DNA of 64,000 bases from the human T2T-CHM13v2.0 reference genome, Homo sapiens. The DNA lies in assembly GCF_009914755.1 (NCBI RefSeq), contig NC_060928.1. One strand, 5' to 3'. The position numbers and the translations under genes were made by a program. A model generated the notes under the pieces. That model saw nothing but the letters and a program-made list of their open reading frames with translations. It was not told the DNA's origin and made no database searches. Shown piece after piece: positions 15,085-27,365 of the stretch (positions are counted from its first letter, which is position 1; each line of letters opens with the position of its first letter).

Positions 15085-17203
15085 TGTTTAGAAAATTTCA
15101 GTGGAACAGAATAGTCAAAACCATCCTGAGCAAAAAGAACAAAACTGGAGGAATCACATTACCTGACTTCAAGTTATGCTGCAGAGCTATAGTAATCAAA
15201 ACAGCATGGCACTGGCATAAAAACAGATACATGTTACCAGTCAAACAGAATAGAGAACCCAGAAGTAAATCCATACATCTACAGTGAACTCGTTTTTGAC
15301 AGGGGTGCCAAGAACACACATTGGGGAAAAGCCAGTCTCTTCAAGAAATGGTGCTGGGAAAACTGGATATCTCTATGCAGAAGAATGAAACAAAATTCCT
15401 ATCTCTGATCATATATATGATGGTTAGTTAATACTGAGGGTCAACTTGATTGGATTGAAGGATACAAGGTATTGATCCTGGGTGTGTCTGTGAGGGTATT
15501 GTTAAAGGAGATTAACATTTGAGTCAATGGGCTGGGAAAGGCAGACCCACCCTTAATCTGGGTGGGCACAATCTAATCAACTGCCAGTGCAGCTAGAATG
15601 TAAGCAGGCAGAAAAATGTGAAAAGGGAGACTGGCCTAGCCTCCCAGCCTGTATCTTTCTCCCGTGCTGGATGCTTCCTGCCCTTGAACATCGGACTCCA
15701 AGTTCTTCAGTTTTGGGACTCAGACTGGCTCTCCTTGCTCCTCAGCCTGCAGACAACCTATTGTGGGACCTTGTGATCATGTGAGTTAATACTTAATGAA
15801 CTCCCCTTTATATGTATATATGTATCTATATATCTATATATCTATATCTATATATCCATTCCATTAGTTCTGTCCTTCTAGAGAACCCTAATACAGTATA
15901 CGAACATCAAATCAAAATAGATTAAAGACAAATCTGACACCCCAGACTGTGAAACTACTCAAAAAAAAAAAACGTTGGGGAAACTCTCTAGGACATAGGA
16001 CTAGGCAAAAATTTCTTGAGTAATACTCCACAGGCACAGGCAACCAAAGCAAAAATGGACAAATGGCATTATATCAAGTTACAAAGCTTCTGTACTGTAA
16101 AAGAAAGTCAACAAAGTGAAGAGACAAACCACAGAATGGGAGAAAATACTTGTAACTACCCATCTGACAAGGAATAAATAACCAGAAAATATAAGGGGCT
16201 CAAACATTGAATGGGAAAAAATCTGATCAAAATGGGCAGAAAATCTGAAGAAACATTTCTCAAAAGACATACAAATGGCAAACAGGTATATAAAAAGGTG
16301 CTAGACATCACTGATCAACAGAGCAATGCAAATTAAAACTACAATGAGATATAATCTCACTCCAGTTAAAATGGCTTTTATCCAAAAAACAGGCAGTAAC
16401 AAATGCTGTTGAGGATGTAGAGATATGGGAATCCTTGTACACTGTTCGTGTATGTGTAAATTAGCACAGCCACTATGGAAAACAGTGTGAAGATTCCTGA
16501 CAAAAGTAAAAACAGGACTACCATATGATCCAGCCATTCCACTGCTAGGTATTTACCCAAAAGAAAGGAAATCAGTGTTATCGAATAGATATTTGCACTC
16601 CCATGTTTATTGCAGCACTGTTCACAATAGTCAAGATTTGGAAGCAACCAGAGGTGTCCATTACCAGATGAATGGATAAGGAAAATATGGTACAAATACA
16701 CAATGGAGTACTATTCAGCCATAAAAAACAATGAGACTGTCATTTGCAGCAACATAGGTGGAACTGGAGGACATTATGTTAAATGAAATGAGCCAGGCAG
16801 AGAAAGACAAACTTTGCATGTTCTTGTTCATTTGTGGGAGCTAAAATTTAAACAACTGAACTTGTGGAGATAGAGAGTAGAATGATGTTTCATAGTGGCT
16901 GACAAGGGTAGTGGGGTGGGATTGGGAGTGGCAAGTAAGGATGGGTAAAGGCTACAAAAATATACAGAATGAATAAGATCTATTTGATAGCAGCCAACAG
17001 TAATTTATTGTACATTAAAAAAACTAAAAGAGTATAATTGGATTTTTTGTAACACGAAGAAATGATAAATGCTTAAGGTATTGGTTACCTCATTTACCCT
17101 GATGTGATTATTATGTATTGAGTGCCTGCATCAAAATATTTCATGTACTCCATAAATGTATACACCTAATATGTGCCTACAAAAATTAAAAATTAAAAAA
17201 ATT
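15085..17203 (+). mobile_element. L1MA1-3-like 3' portion (ORF2 C-terminus and 3'UTR), interrupted by MLT2A1
   Basis: ORF 15084..15287 gives an ORF2-like peptide ([18 protein letters not shown]). L1MA-type 3'UTR ends in an A-rich tail near 17200. Confidence 0.88.
15416..15895 (+). mobile_element. MLT2A1 solo LTR (HERV-L)
   Basis: tgatggtt...gtcaacttgattggattgaaggat...ctagagaaccctaataca matches remembered MLT2A consensus; 5-bp TSD atata/gtata. Confidence 0.88.
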
Positions 17204-17524
17204 CAAGGATGTAAGCATAAGAAATATCCAGTTTAATACAGGTGTAGTATTGGTAAGTAAATGCAATTCTAGCCTATTATAATCTTAGGATTTTATTAGG
17301 AATTAGAAGAAAAGGAAGCTAGATATCAGTTAAGCTCTCAATCTATGAAAGCCATTTGTAGAGAATTAAAATTCATTGAACTGCTCTATGTAATAGTTCT
17401 TCATCATTAAACCCCCAACATGCCCAATTTACAGAACTGCAAATGGGGGATAAATGGTTATTTTAAGGAATTAATCACTGCTTTGACTTTCATGGATTAG
17501 GAGTGAGGTACAATTCGTTTTATA

Positions 17525-18900
17525 TTGGGGGAAGACAATCCTGGTGAACAGCAAGTGCAGATGACCCAAGGCAGCAATGTGCCCAATGCGCTTGAAGACC
17601 AGCAACGAGGCCAGCATACTTGGAGTGGAATGATCTAAGAGGAAACTAGTAAGAGGGAGATCAGAGAGGTAACAGGCACCAAGATCATGATTGGTCTCAT
17701 AGACAGTCTTAAGGACTTTAGTTTTTATTTTTAGTGACATGGAAAGTCATTGGAATGTTTTGATCACATGGATAATATGAACTATCATTGATGATTCTGG
17801 CTGCTGCATGGATAGGAATGTTAGGACAAAGGGTGGGAGTGAGAGACCTGCTAGAGGCTACTGAAGCGGTTCCAGGTGGGCTAGAATGGCAGGGGTGGAG
17901 CTGATGAGAAAAGGTAAAATTCAGGGTGTATTTAAAGGACAAATAGAAAGGATTTTATTTAGATGTAGTAGATAAATGAGAGGGAGGCATCGAGAACAAT
18001 TCCAAGGATTTTTCCAGATGACATGATGGAGTTCCCATTCATAAGGCTGAGAGGGACTGAGAGGTGAAGACATGGGTGAAACCAGAAATTCATTTTTAGA
18101 TACACTGAGATGTCAATTAAAATGGATATGCAAGGCTGGAGTTCAGGCTGGCTCCAGATAAAAGTTTGAGTTTTGTTAGTATATAGGTTTTACCTAAAGC
18201 CACTAAGTGGTACAAGACCATGTAGGGAGTGAATGTAGATAGAAAGCAGTATGAGGACTGAGCCCAGAGCACTCCAAGGTTTGGAAGTTGGGGTAATAAA
18301 TGAGCAAAGGAGAATGAGAAAAAGCAAGGTGTAGGGAAATCAGGAGTGCATATGTGTCCTGGCAGCCATGTGATGAAAGTATTTGAAAGAGAAGGAATTG
18401 ATAACCTCAGTTAAGTCCTGTTTAAAGTTTAGCAACTTGGAGAGTCAACGGGTGCCCTTGACAAAAGCAAGTTGGAGTGTTGAGGGACGCCTGATTGGGT
18501 TGGTTTCAGTAGAGGTCAAGGCGGGGAAACGAAGTATAGGCAGCAGATTTAGACCGTTCTCTTGAGGAAAAAGGGAGCTGAGAAATGAGTGGCAGCTGGA
18601 ATAGGAAATGAGGTCAAGAGAGTTTTCTTTGTTGTTGTTTTTGATTTTGTTTTTTAAAATGAAAGTAAATACATCATGGGAATGATCTAGTAGAGAGAGA
18701 AAAGAGAGAAGGGGAAACTGCTGTAGTGCTGTGCTTGAGTTGGCCAGAGAAGATGGGATCTCATGCAAAAACAGGGACAGGGGGATGGGCTCAGGTAGGT
18801 ACACAGCCTGTTTATCCAGTTAGGGGGAAAGCAGAGAGTGCATCTGGCCACAGATGCAGGTTGGTAATTAGATGTGATGGGGCATAATAAGGTAGGAGGG
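17525..18900 (-). mobile_element. L2 fragment(s)
   Basis: Purine-rich L2 antisense signature (gaacagcaagtgca...gaggccagcat...ggagatcagagaggtaacagg...). Boundaries approximate. Confidence 0.7.
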
Positions 18901-18908
18901 GTTTTTTG

Positions 18909-18936
<28 letters not shown>
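18909..18936. repeat. (GT)n microsatellite
   Basis: About 14 GT units. Confidence 0.93.
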
Positions 18937-18939
<3 letters not shown>

Positions 18940-19306
18940 AGTTTCTGTGGGAACAAGAAGTAAGGAAGGGCTAGGAGAGAAGGTGCGCTTAGAAACCAAG
19001 TGCAAGGCTAGTGCTCGGTGATTTTCGTAGACCAGCTGTTGCCTGTGCTAGGATCTACTGTATTCTCTCTCCATTTGTTCCAACCCTTTATTAGAAACCT
19101 ACAGTGCTTACAGGATTGCCTCAGACTTGCTTTTTTCCCTTCCTCCCAGTTCTTGTTGATGCCATTCCTTCAGCCTCCCACAGCACCATGGACATGGGGC
19201 TCTTGTGTGCAGTGGGCTTTGACTAAAGAGTTGAGACAATGGAGGGAGATTACAACATAATCCTTCCTGACTTCATTTTTTTAATCCTTTTCCTCATGCT
19301 TCAGAG

Positions 19307-19799
19307 CAGGGGCTCTTCCTTTTTTGTGCCATGGATCCCTTTGGCAGTCTAGGGAAACCTAGGACTGCCTCTTCAAGGTAATTTTTAAATGAAAAAAAAA
19401 AAATGTATAGCATTGCAAAGGAAATTAATGAATAGAATACAGTTTTCAAAAATATAAAAAGCACAATTGTGCTATAATGCATGTGTCTTTATGATGTGTT
19501 AAACAAACTCTAGTGGCAGGTAGCGTGACTGCCTTATTTTCAAAGTAGTAATGTAAACAATCTTTCAAGATATCTGTAACAGCTGAGATATGGTGTGAAA
19601 ATGTTTGTGATTTCTGCCAGTGGCAAGGTCACAGGTATTGGTAATCGTACTGTGATTTGTTGCCTATGTTCATAAAGAAATGCTAGATCTTAGTTAAAAG
19701 TTCATAAAAATAGAAAATCTTTTTTCCCATTGAATTTCTATCCTTCATCCTGTGCATGAATCTTTTGGGCATCTGTGGTCTTCAGGTTAATAACCCCTG
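19307..19799. mobile_element. Charlie4a-like hAT DNA transposon
   Basis: TIRs CAGGGGCTCTT...TAATAACCCCTG; internal tgtgccatggatccctttggcagtct; degenerate 8-bp TSD cttcagag/cctcagtg. Confidence 0.8.
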
Positions 19800-20969
19800 C
19801 CTCAGTGGTACCTCTGAGTGTACCGCTCTTGTCCAAGGCTGGATCCTACTACCTGTGGTCTAGCCTCCTATGCCCTCCTCACCAGCCCCATTTTCTTCGA
19901 AACTTACTCCAAACAGATATCCCAGATTGTTCTTGTATCTTAAATCTCTCTCTCCATGGGTTCTTTTTGTTTCCTCTTGGAATATGCTTGCATTTATGTT
20001 CTTTCTTCCATTTCCCATGAGGGCAATAAATAGACTTACTTGTGTGGCTGTGGCTAGTGCAATGACTGGCATGTGCCCTGTAAATGTTTACTACTTGTAG
20101 AAGGTAATCACTAAACGTTTATTAGATAAATAAACAGATACTTCTATTTCCACTGGGAATTCTCAGGTTTTTTTTTCTTCCAAATTAGAGAATGTTACAA
20201 ATGTCTTCCTACTGGAAAGGGGAAAATGCTTATAAGAATTATTTAGCATCATGCAAGCCCCTTTGGTAAACACAGTAGAGTCTGCAAATTTCATCAGTCA
20301 GACCAAGATAGTTACCGTCCTCGTAGAGGGGTATGCTGGATTTCCAAATGTAAGTAATTTTGATAGGAAAACTGAGAATGACTCTTTGTCAAACCAGTTC
20401 ATTGGTTTCTATGAAAGTCTGGTGACAAAAATAATTTTGAGTTATAACTTGCTGGACTTTGGAATTAAAAATATAGTTAATCTCTATTTAAGTGACATGT
20501 TAAGAAATATAGTTCTGATTTGAATTTTGCAGTAGATACTAAGTAGACACATGTATCTTAGAGTAAAAGGATAGGATTCAGTGACCTATTCCTAACTTCC
20601 AAGAAGTTAGTTTTGGAGAAATGTTGGCTATTAGCATTAGAACATGTTTTTATCCTTGATATGAATTTACTTTTAGTCTATAATAATTTTAAAAATTATT
20701 TACTTTCCTCATAGTCCAGTAACTGATATTCTTTGAACACATACCTCTAATTTATACAGCTATTAATCATATTTTATCTTATAATATTTATTATTTTCTG
20801 TTCTTTATTGAATGATCACTTGAAATTTTATATTTATATATTTATGCAAACAAAGGAGTCAGTTGAGATCATTATAAAGCGTATAGGTTAATGCTTGGCA
20901 GATAGTAAACACTATGCAAATAAAATAAGGAACCACAAGCATACATATACACAAATTTTTATTCTTTCC

Positions 20970-21102
20970 AACTAGATTTAAAACTGTCTGTAAACTCTAC
21001 GAGTATGAAGACCTTGTTTGTCCTGTACATCTTCGTACACTCAGTGCCTGGCATAATGTAGGCTCATAGTGTGTTATCAGTAAGTGTTTGTTGCATGAAT
21101 GT
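20970..21102 (+). mobile_element. L2 3' end
   Basis: tgtaaactctacgag...cagtgcctggcataat...gtttgttgcatgaatg. Confidence 0.65.
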
Positions 21103-23759
21103 AAGCCACTGCTCTTACATTGTGTAGATTGGAAATAAAGATGGTGAAAGATAAGAGATTATTCAGGTAACTTGTGCTAAAGGCAAACACATTTTCCCTT
21201 ACCTGTTTGTATTCATTGCAGTTATTATTTCTTACAAATACAAAATGAGTGTAGTTACTACAAGTGGATTAGGTGTAAGGAGGTACAGTATTCAGCTGGG
21301 ATACACTAGCATGGCTCTCTTGGTTCTTTATGGCCAGCCTCCATTCTTCTTAGATGTGTACAGGCCATATCCATTAAACAACATTTTGAATATAATCTGC
21401 GGTTTTAAGTGAATATTTGGAAGAAAAGTTATTTAAACTGAATAGATAGGAAAAAATATATGTATACACACATATGGACATTACTATGTCTAATTTTGAG
21501 GAATGATAGAAATTTTAGCATATAATTAACCAGTCATTTATAGATTAAAGAATCTAAATTGATAAGCTATATTTTAATATTACTAAAATATGATACTTTT
21601 ACAATTAAGATGTTGCTTTTTCTAGTTCCAAATGGTTGTCATGGTAACAAAAGTACATTATTGGTTTTCTTACATTTATGTCCTTGCCCATTCATTATGG
21701 GATTTAGCTGTTTTACAGGGTCGTGAAAATTAATCAGTAGCATTTTCTTCTTGTAATGGCAAGCACCCACATTAAAATTATTGCATTCCATGTAACTTAT
21801 CTTTTGATATCACTGTCTTATTTCTCCTCCTTAAAAAAAAGCCAGAGCAACTACTAGACTATATATAAAGTAATTTTATACTTGCCAATTGATCTTCCCT
21901 TGGGAGCTACTGTAGTTTTTATAAATAGCTTGCTGACTTCGAAGAAACATATTTCTGTTCTTAGGAACTCATCTGGAAAGAACATTTCTTTGGGGGATAT
22001 GGAGACCATGTGTGGAATTCCAGCTACAAGAAAAATTCTGGGATTTAGACAAAGAAATATTAGGTGGTTTAAAATTGAAAGTCTTTTTGTGAAAAATTGG
22101 TTTGCTCTTAATAGCCATATTTTATGTTCTTAGAACCTAATATATTGTGGATTCGTGGTCCCCAGCCTGGAGTTTCCAGACTCCGGGGACCTGCAAACCC
22201 AGATTGGTATCACTGATTACATTATCTTGGTCAGAGTACTAATTCGAAATTGTATGTGTTTATTAAAAATGAGCAAATGTTTATTACTTAAAAAAGCAAC
22301 TCATTTATTTACTAAATTTTTCATAACGTGGAGTTCATGAAGTAAAAATGAAAAGTTTCTTTGGGAAAGACTCATGTCAGTTTGAAGCTTGACCTTTATG
22401 TGTGATTGCTACCTCTAGAGATTTTAATTTATTGAAATACTGTGTCCAATTGTAAAGCTAAGAATACAAACCACTTAAGTGAATTTTACTTTACAGTGAA
22501 TATCAAAGATTGAACTACTTTTTATCCCAAATTAAAATTTTTGATCAAAGATGCAGGTGGTTTTATGGTAGTTCATAAAATATATTCTCTCCATGAGGAT
22601 AATATGTATGGAGGCTGTATCTTATAGATAGTATTATCTTTAATGTAATGAATGATACTGAATTCATAAATAAGGTAACTTTTATTGTTTTTGGTTTAAG
22701 AGATATTCAAAATAAGCTTTGTTGTTTTCAAGGCTAGTGTTATTTTTGTTTCTTTTTAAAATTTATTTAGGGGGAGGGGAGGAAGAGGAGGTCATGGTCA
22801 GACTAGCAGCACATGCCGCCATCAGACTTCAGACACTCTCTGAAGGTGTTTCACACCTCACCCTCCATTTCTCCAAATCACTGCAAAAGCACTAAACCTG
22901 AAGATTGAATTCTGTATGAATTCAACATTTGGAAATTTAAAAAAAAACAAATGAATAATTATAGAATTGCTCCAATTTTCAGTCCAGTTTGATTTTTAAG
23001 AAAACTTTACTTATCTCATTCTTAAATGGCTTAGAAATGTTGATCAGAAATTTCTCAGTCATTCCAGTGATTTTACAGCCTTTTTCTTCAGGATGGTGAT
23101 CAGAGTACTTAACCTACCTTCCTCTTATTGCAAATTAAACTTATTTCCTGTTCAATCTGTAGTTGAAGGAAAGTAACTGTTTGAATTATTTGCATTTCCC
23201 CTGGGCTATCTTCATATATTTGAGGACTACTGTGAAGCTCTCTATTCCTTCTAGCAAGCCCCAAGATGCCTCATCTATTGAATAAGGCCTTTCGTATCCT
23301 GAAATGATAAAAAATGGACATGATGCTCTACTGTAATTGTACCCTAATATAAAGGAGAGATTATATGAAAATAATTTTATAAAAACATTTAAGAAGTGCA
23401 TTTTGAAAAATAATGAATTTGAATATGGAAATATGTGGACATGACTATAATAAGAATAATGAAGTAGATAGATTCTTGTACTTATATGTAGCACCACTAT
23501 GAACAGCATATTTACAAATGAAGGCTGAAAAAGTTTTGTTGTATCAGTGACTCAGAAACAACAAGGGGTATTGAGATTGTGGATGCAAGTTTTTGATAAC
23601 GGTGACAAGGCTCTGAACAACACAAATCTCTTGATTTATGTAGTTGTTGCCTTCTTGGAATTCAGTATGTATTTAAAATCTTTGATAAATACTATGCATT
23701 TATATGTAAAATGCAGTAAGGTTCTAGACTGAGATAATTAAACATATTTTTCACTCTCA

Positions 23760-23968
23760 TGAGTCCAGCCATTCATTCAAGAGTCTTGAGGGACCCATGA
23801 AAACTCTTCGTTTGGGACAGTCTCCTGTATTGCAGTAAACCTAGCAAGCCTATTCTTGGCCCATGAAAAGAAAGACATGCTCCCTAGTCATTGTGCAAGC
23901 CAAAAATGCGATAACTTATTTTCCAAAAAGCTACTCTTTATGTGATCCCCTTGAGAACCTCTGCTCTA
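23760..23968. mobile_element. Degenerate MER20/MER5-like hAT element
   Basis: ctccctagtcattgtgcaagccaaaaatg...ttgagaacctctgctcta resembles a Charlie-type end. Confidence 0.4.
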
Positions 23969-24314
23969 GGGTTGTAAGCTTTTAAACTTGAGGGCTATTT
24001 TCTAAAGCATCAGTATTTTTCTTTTTTCCTTCTTTGTAGTCTATTCAATTATCATCTCTTATACTGAAATATAATCAATAAGGACAAAGGATTCACATTC
24101 TTTTATTCCAGAATATGCCTAACATATATTGGATGGCACCAACCATAATAATCTAGGTGCAAAAAAATTGTAAACAAATTATCAGTTCTAACAAACCACT
24201 GTGGATGATTATTAAAAAGATCCTTTAGTCTTCTTTAAAGGATCCTTCTTTAAAGGAATTCTGGTTCATATTGAGATTATTTTATTTTATAATATGTGGG
24301 GGGATAAGAACACC

Positions 24315-24545
24315 AAACATTTATAGAGCACTTATCTAACAGTTATTATGTTACTTGCCTTCTCTCTCATTTTAAGTCTCATAACCATCTGATGAAGCAA
24401 GCATTATTAATATCTTCATTTGATAGAAAAGAAATCAGAGCCATAGTGAGGTTAATTATCTTGCTCAAGGTCACACAGCTATTAAATAGTAGAGCCTGGA
24501 CTTAAACTCAGGTTTCTCGGACTCTACAGCATTTGCTCTAAATTG
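24315..24545 (-). mobile_element. MIR
   Basis: aacatttatagagcactta...gaggttaattatcttgctcaaggtcacacagct...aactcaggt. Confidence 0.75.
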
Positions 24546-27023
24546 CACTGGTGTGCCGATGACTCTTTTCAGATGTTTTTCATCACTATGAAACTATGTC
24601 TAACATAGACCTTCAGAAAAGCTCTTCCCATCTCTTTTAAAATAACATAACATGTACGTAACAAAAATACGGGATAATTAAAACTCTGAAGACAGAGGAT
24701 AGTGCTTATTTTTTGTTAATCACCTTCAACTTCAACTAAAGGGAAAGCCTGTTTCTAAGTCTTCTGGTTCCAGTTACCACTGAAGAAAAGGAATGTGCAT
24801 TGCTGCCACTGGTGATATTTGTGACTTCTAGATAAACAGTGCCTTCTAGTCTCCTGTGTATTATTCTTTTCAGCATTAATAAATTTATTTAAAATAAAGT
24901 TATTTGAGTTAATCAAATTCTTGTGCTTGGAAGTGAAATAATCAGATTTTAACTTACATTTAAATTTTAGAGAGGTCTGAATTGATTATTTAAATCTCAG
25001 TAATTTATTGAAACATCACTGTGTGCCCCATAAATGTGTACAGTTAGTATTTGTCAAATGAAAATAAAATAAAACTTCGAATAACTTTGCAGTTGTTAAC
25101 ACAGCCTCTTCCAGTTTTCTGCTAAAAGACCAGTGAAGGCCCAGGGGGAATACAACAACAAAAAAGACTGACAATTGCTAGAAATTTTGATGCATTTCTT
25201 TCACCTATAAGGAGCTGGCCTGGGGAAAAAAACAGATTGTCTCATGAAAAAGAAAACCCAGCTATCCAAAGTAAGAAATGTAGAGGTAGTTTTTGTTGTT
25301 GTTGTTTTTTTGATAAGATCTGCTGCTTGCTCAGAGACCCATGATCTTTTAACAGCTAGAAAACTGGGCAGCCCTCCATCTGCTGCAGGGGTGCCGTTTT
25401 TCTGAGGATGCTGTAGCATTATCATCACTGATGCCGCCTCCTGACCTCCTGTTCCATATGTCTCTATTCTCTTCTTATGTCTTTCTCCAGCCAGCTAGCA
25501 GCGTAAGTCATAGAAAACAGCAAGAACCTGGGAGAGGGGGAGCAGCTGACTACTGCATCCTGAAAGGAGGGGGTTTCCTCCTGTAAAGGGCTCAAGGTGG
25601 GGACAGAGAACTCAATGGTAGGCATTTTAGTTTTCAAGTGCTCCTTTTGCTGATTAACAATATGTAACAAGAAGGTCCTGCTGCAGTCCAGAAGACCAGC
25701 TTTAAATGAATGTATCACAGTCACTGAGAACTGGGCTTCTAACTCTTCATATCTTTCTACATTCTTGCTATAGCATTGAAAAGGGATGTCTATAATCAGC
25801 TAAGGGCATAATGGGCAGGCCAAACTGTTTTGTGGTAGATGCCGTCATCATTACAGAAAGGCAGTAGAAAGGTGGCAAACAACTTGGGACCTAATTTAGA
25901 AAACTATGCCAGGTGAGGGCCTATCATCCTGAAGATGCAAGAGGAAAGCACATTTTTTGAAATATTTGTAATGACTAGAACACTTAGAAAACAGTTTAGC
26001 ATAACAGAAGGTAGAAGATATGATATTTATGAAACTTCAGCAAAGAGCTCTAAGGAGAACAGACTGCTTCTCTAAAGGTTTGGGAAGATTGCAAGGAACA
26101 CTAAAACAGGGTTGGACACAAATCTGCAGAGGGGGCAAGAAAGAATTCATGATTTTAAAAACTGAAGTAAAGAGTATGCTTCAGGAACTCTTTCAGATTT
26201 CAAGAGAAGGATCAAGAAATGAAAAGAATGAGATAAAAAAGTATGGAGGAGAGAGAACTAAAATCCAGTCTGAGAAAGATAAATGCAAATGTCTGATAAA
26301 ATATGAAAAAAAGGCCTTACTCTTATGCAAATAAATGCAAATTAAAATAAATTAACAAATATTTAAGAAAATGTGCCAAATTAACAAATATTTAAGCAAA
26401 TGACAACATACTTTTGATACAAGTTCAGTGAAAAGGTGCTATGTGAAATATGTAGCCGTTTAGGCAGTTTTGTACCATTTTCTGTAGAAGGTTAGCACTT
26501 TATCTTCAATGAATAGTTACACACATATAGTAAGATCTATATAAAATGACAACAGAATTTGGAAAAAATCTAGTGGACTATAAGATATTTAGATGTAATA
26601 ATTTATGGCCTTAAAATCATGGTTTAAAAAATTTTAGTTTACAAAATTTTATGTAAGAATATCCTTCCGATATAATGTACTTTATACATTTCCCAAGCTA
26701 GAAGCTAACAGATGAACAAGGAGAATAAATATATTAAGTAGGAAATAAATTTGGGAAGCTGCTTGCTACCCAGATTTATTATGACTTACTTCCCAGGTCA
26801 TTTATTATTACTTGAAAAAGCATAATAAGTGTTAGCTCATTATAGGCTCTGAGATGTCCTCAAAAAGACATCTGTTAAATTTGCTTAAACCTATTTTAAA
26901 CAATACAACACTTTTTTTAGTGGAATAGATACTAATATCTCCCAGAATGTTCTTTAAATATCAGTTTAGAAAACAATGTGTTAATGACAAAAATATATTT
27001 TTGAAAAACATATGTTTATGTAA

Positions 27024-27365
<342 letters not shown>

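Noticed and set aside
22788-22825. AGGTCATGGTCA nuclear-receptor-like repeat with p53/YY1-like motifs
   Set aside because: Each match is partial, and short degenerate motifs are expected by chance without conservation or ChIP data.
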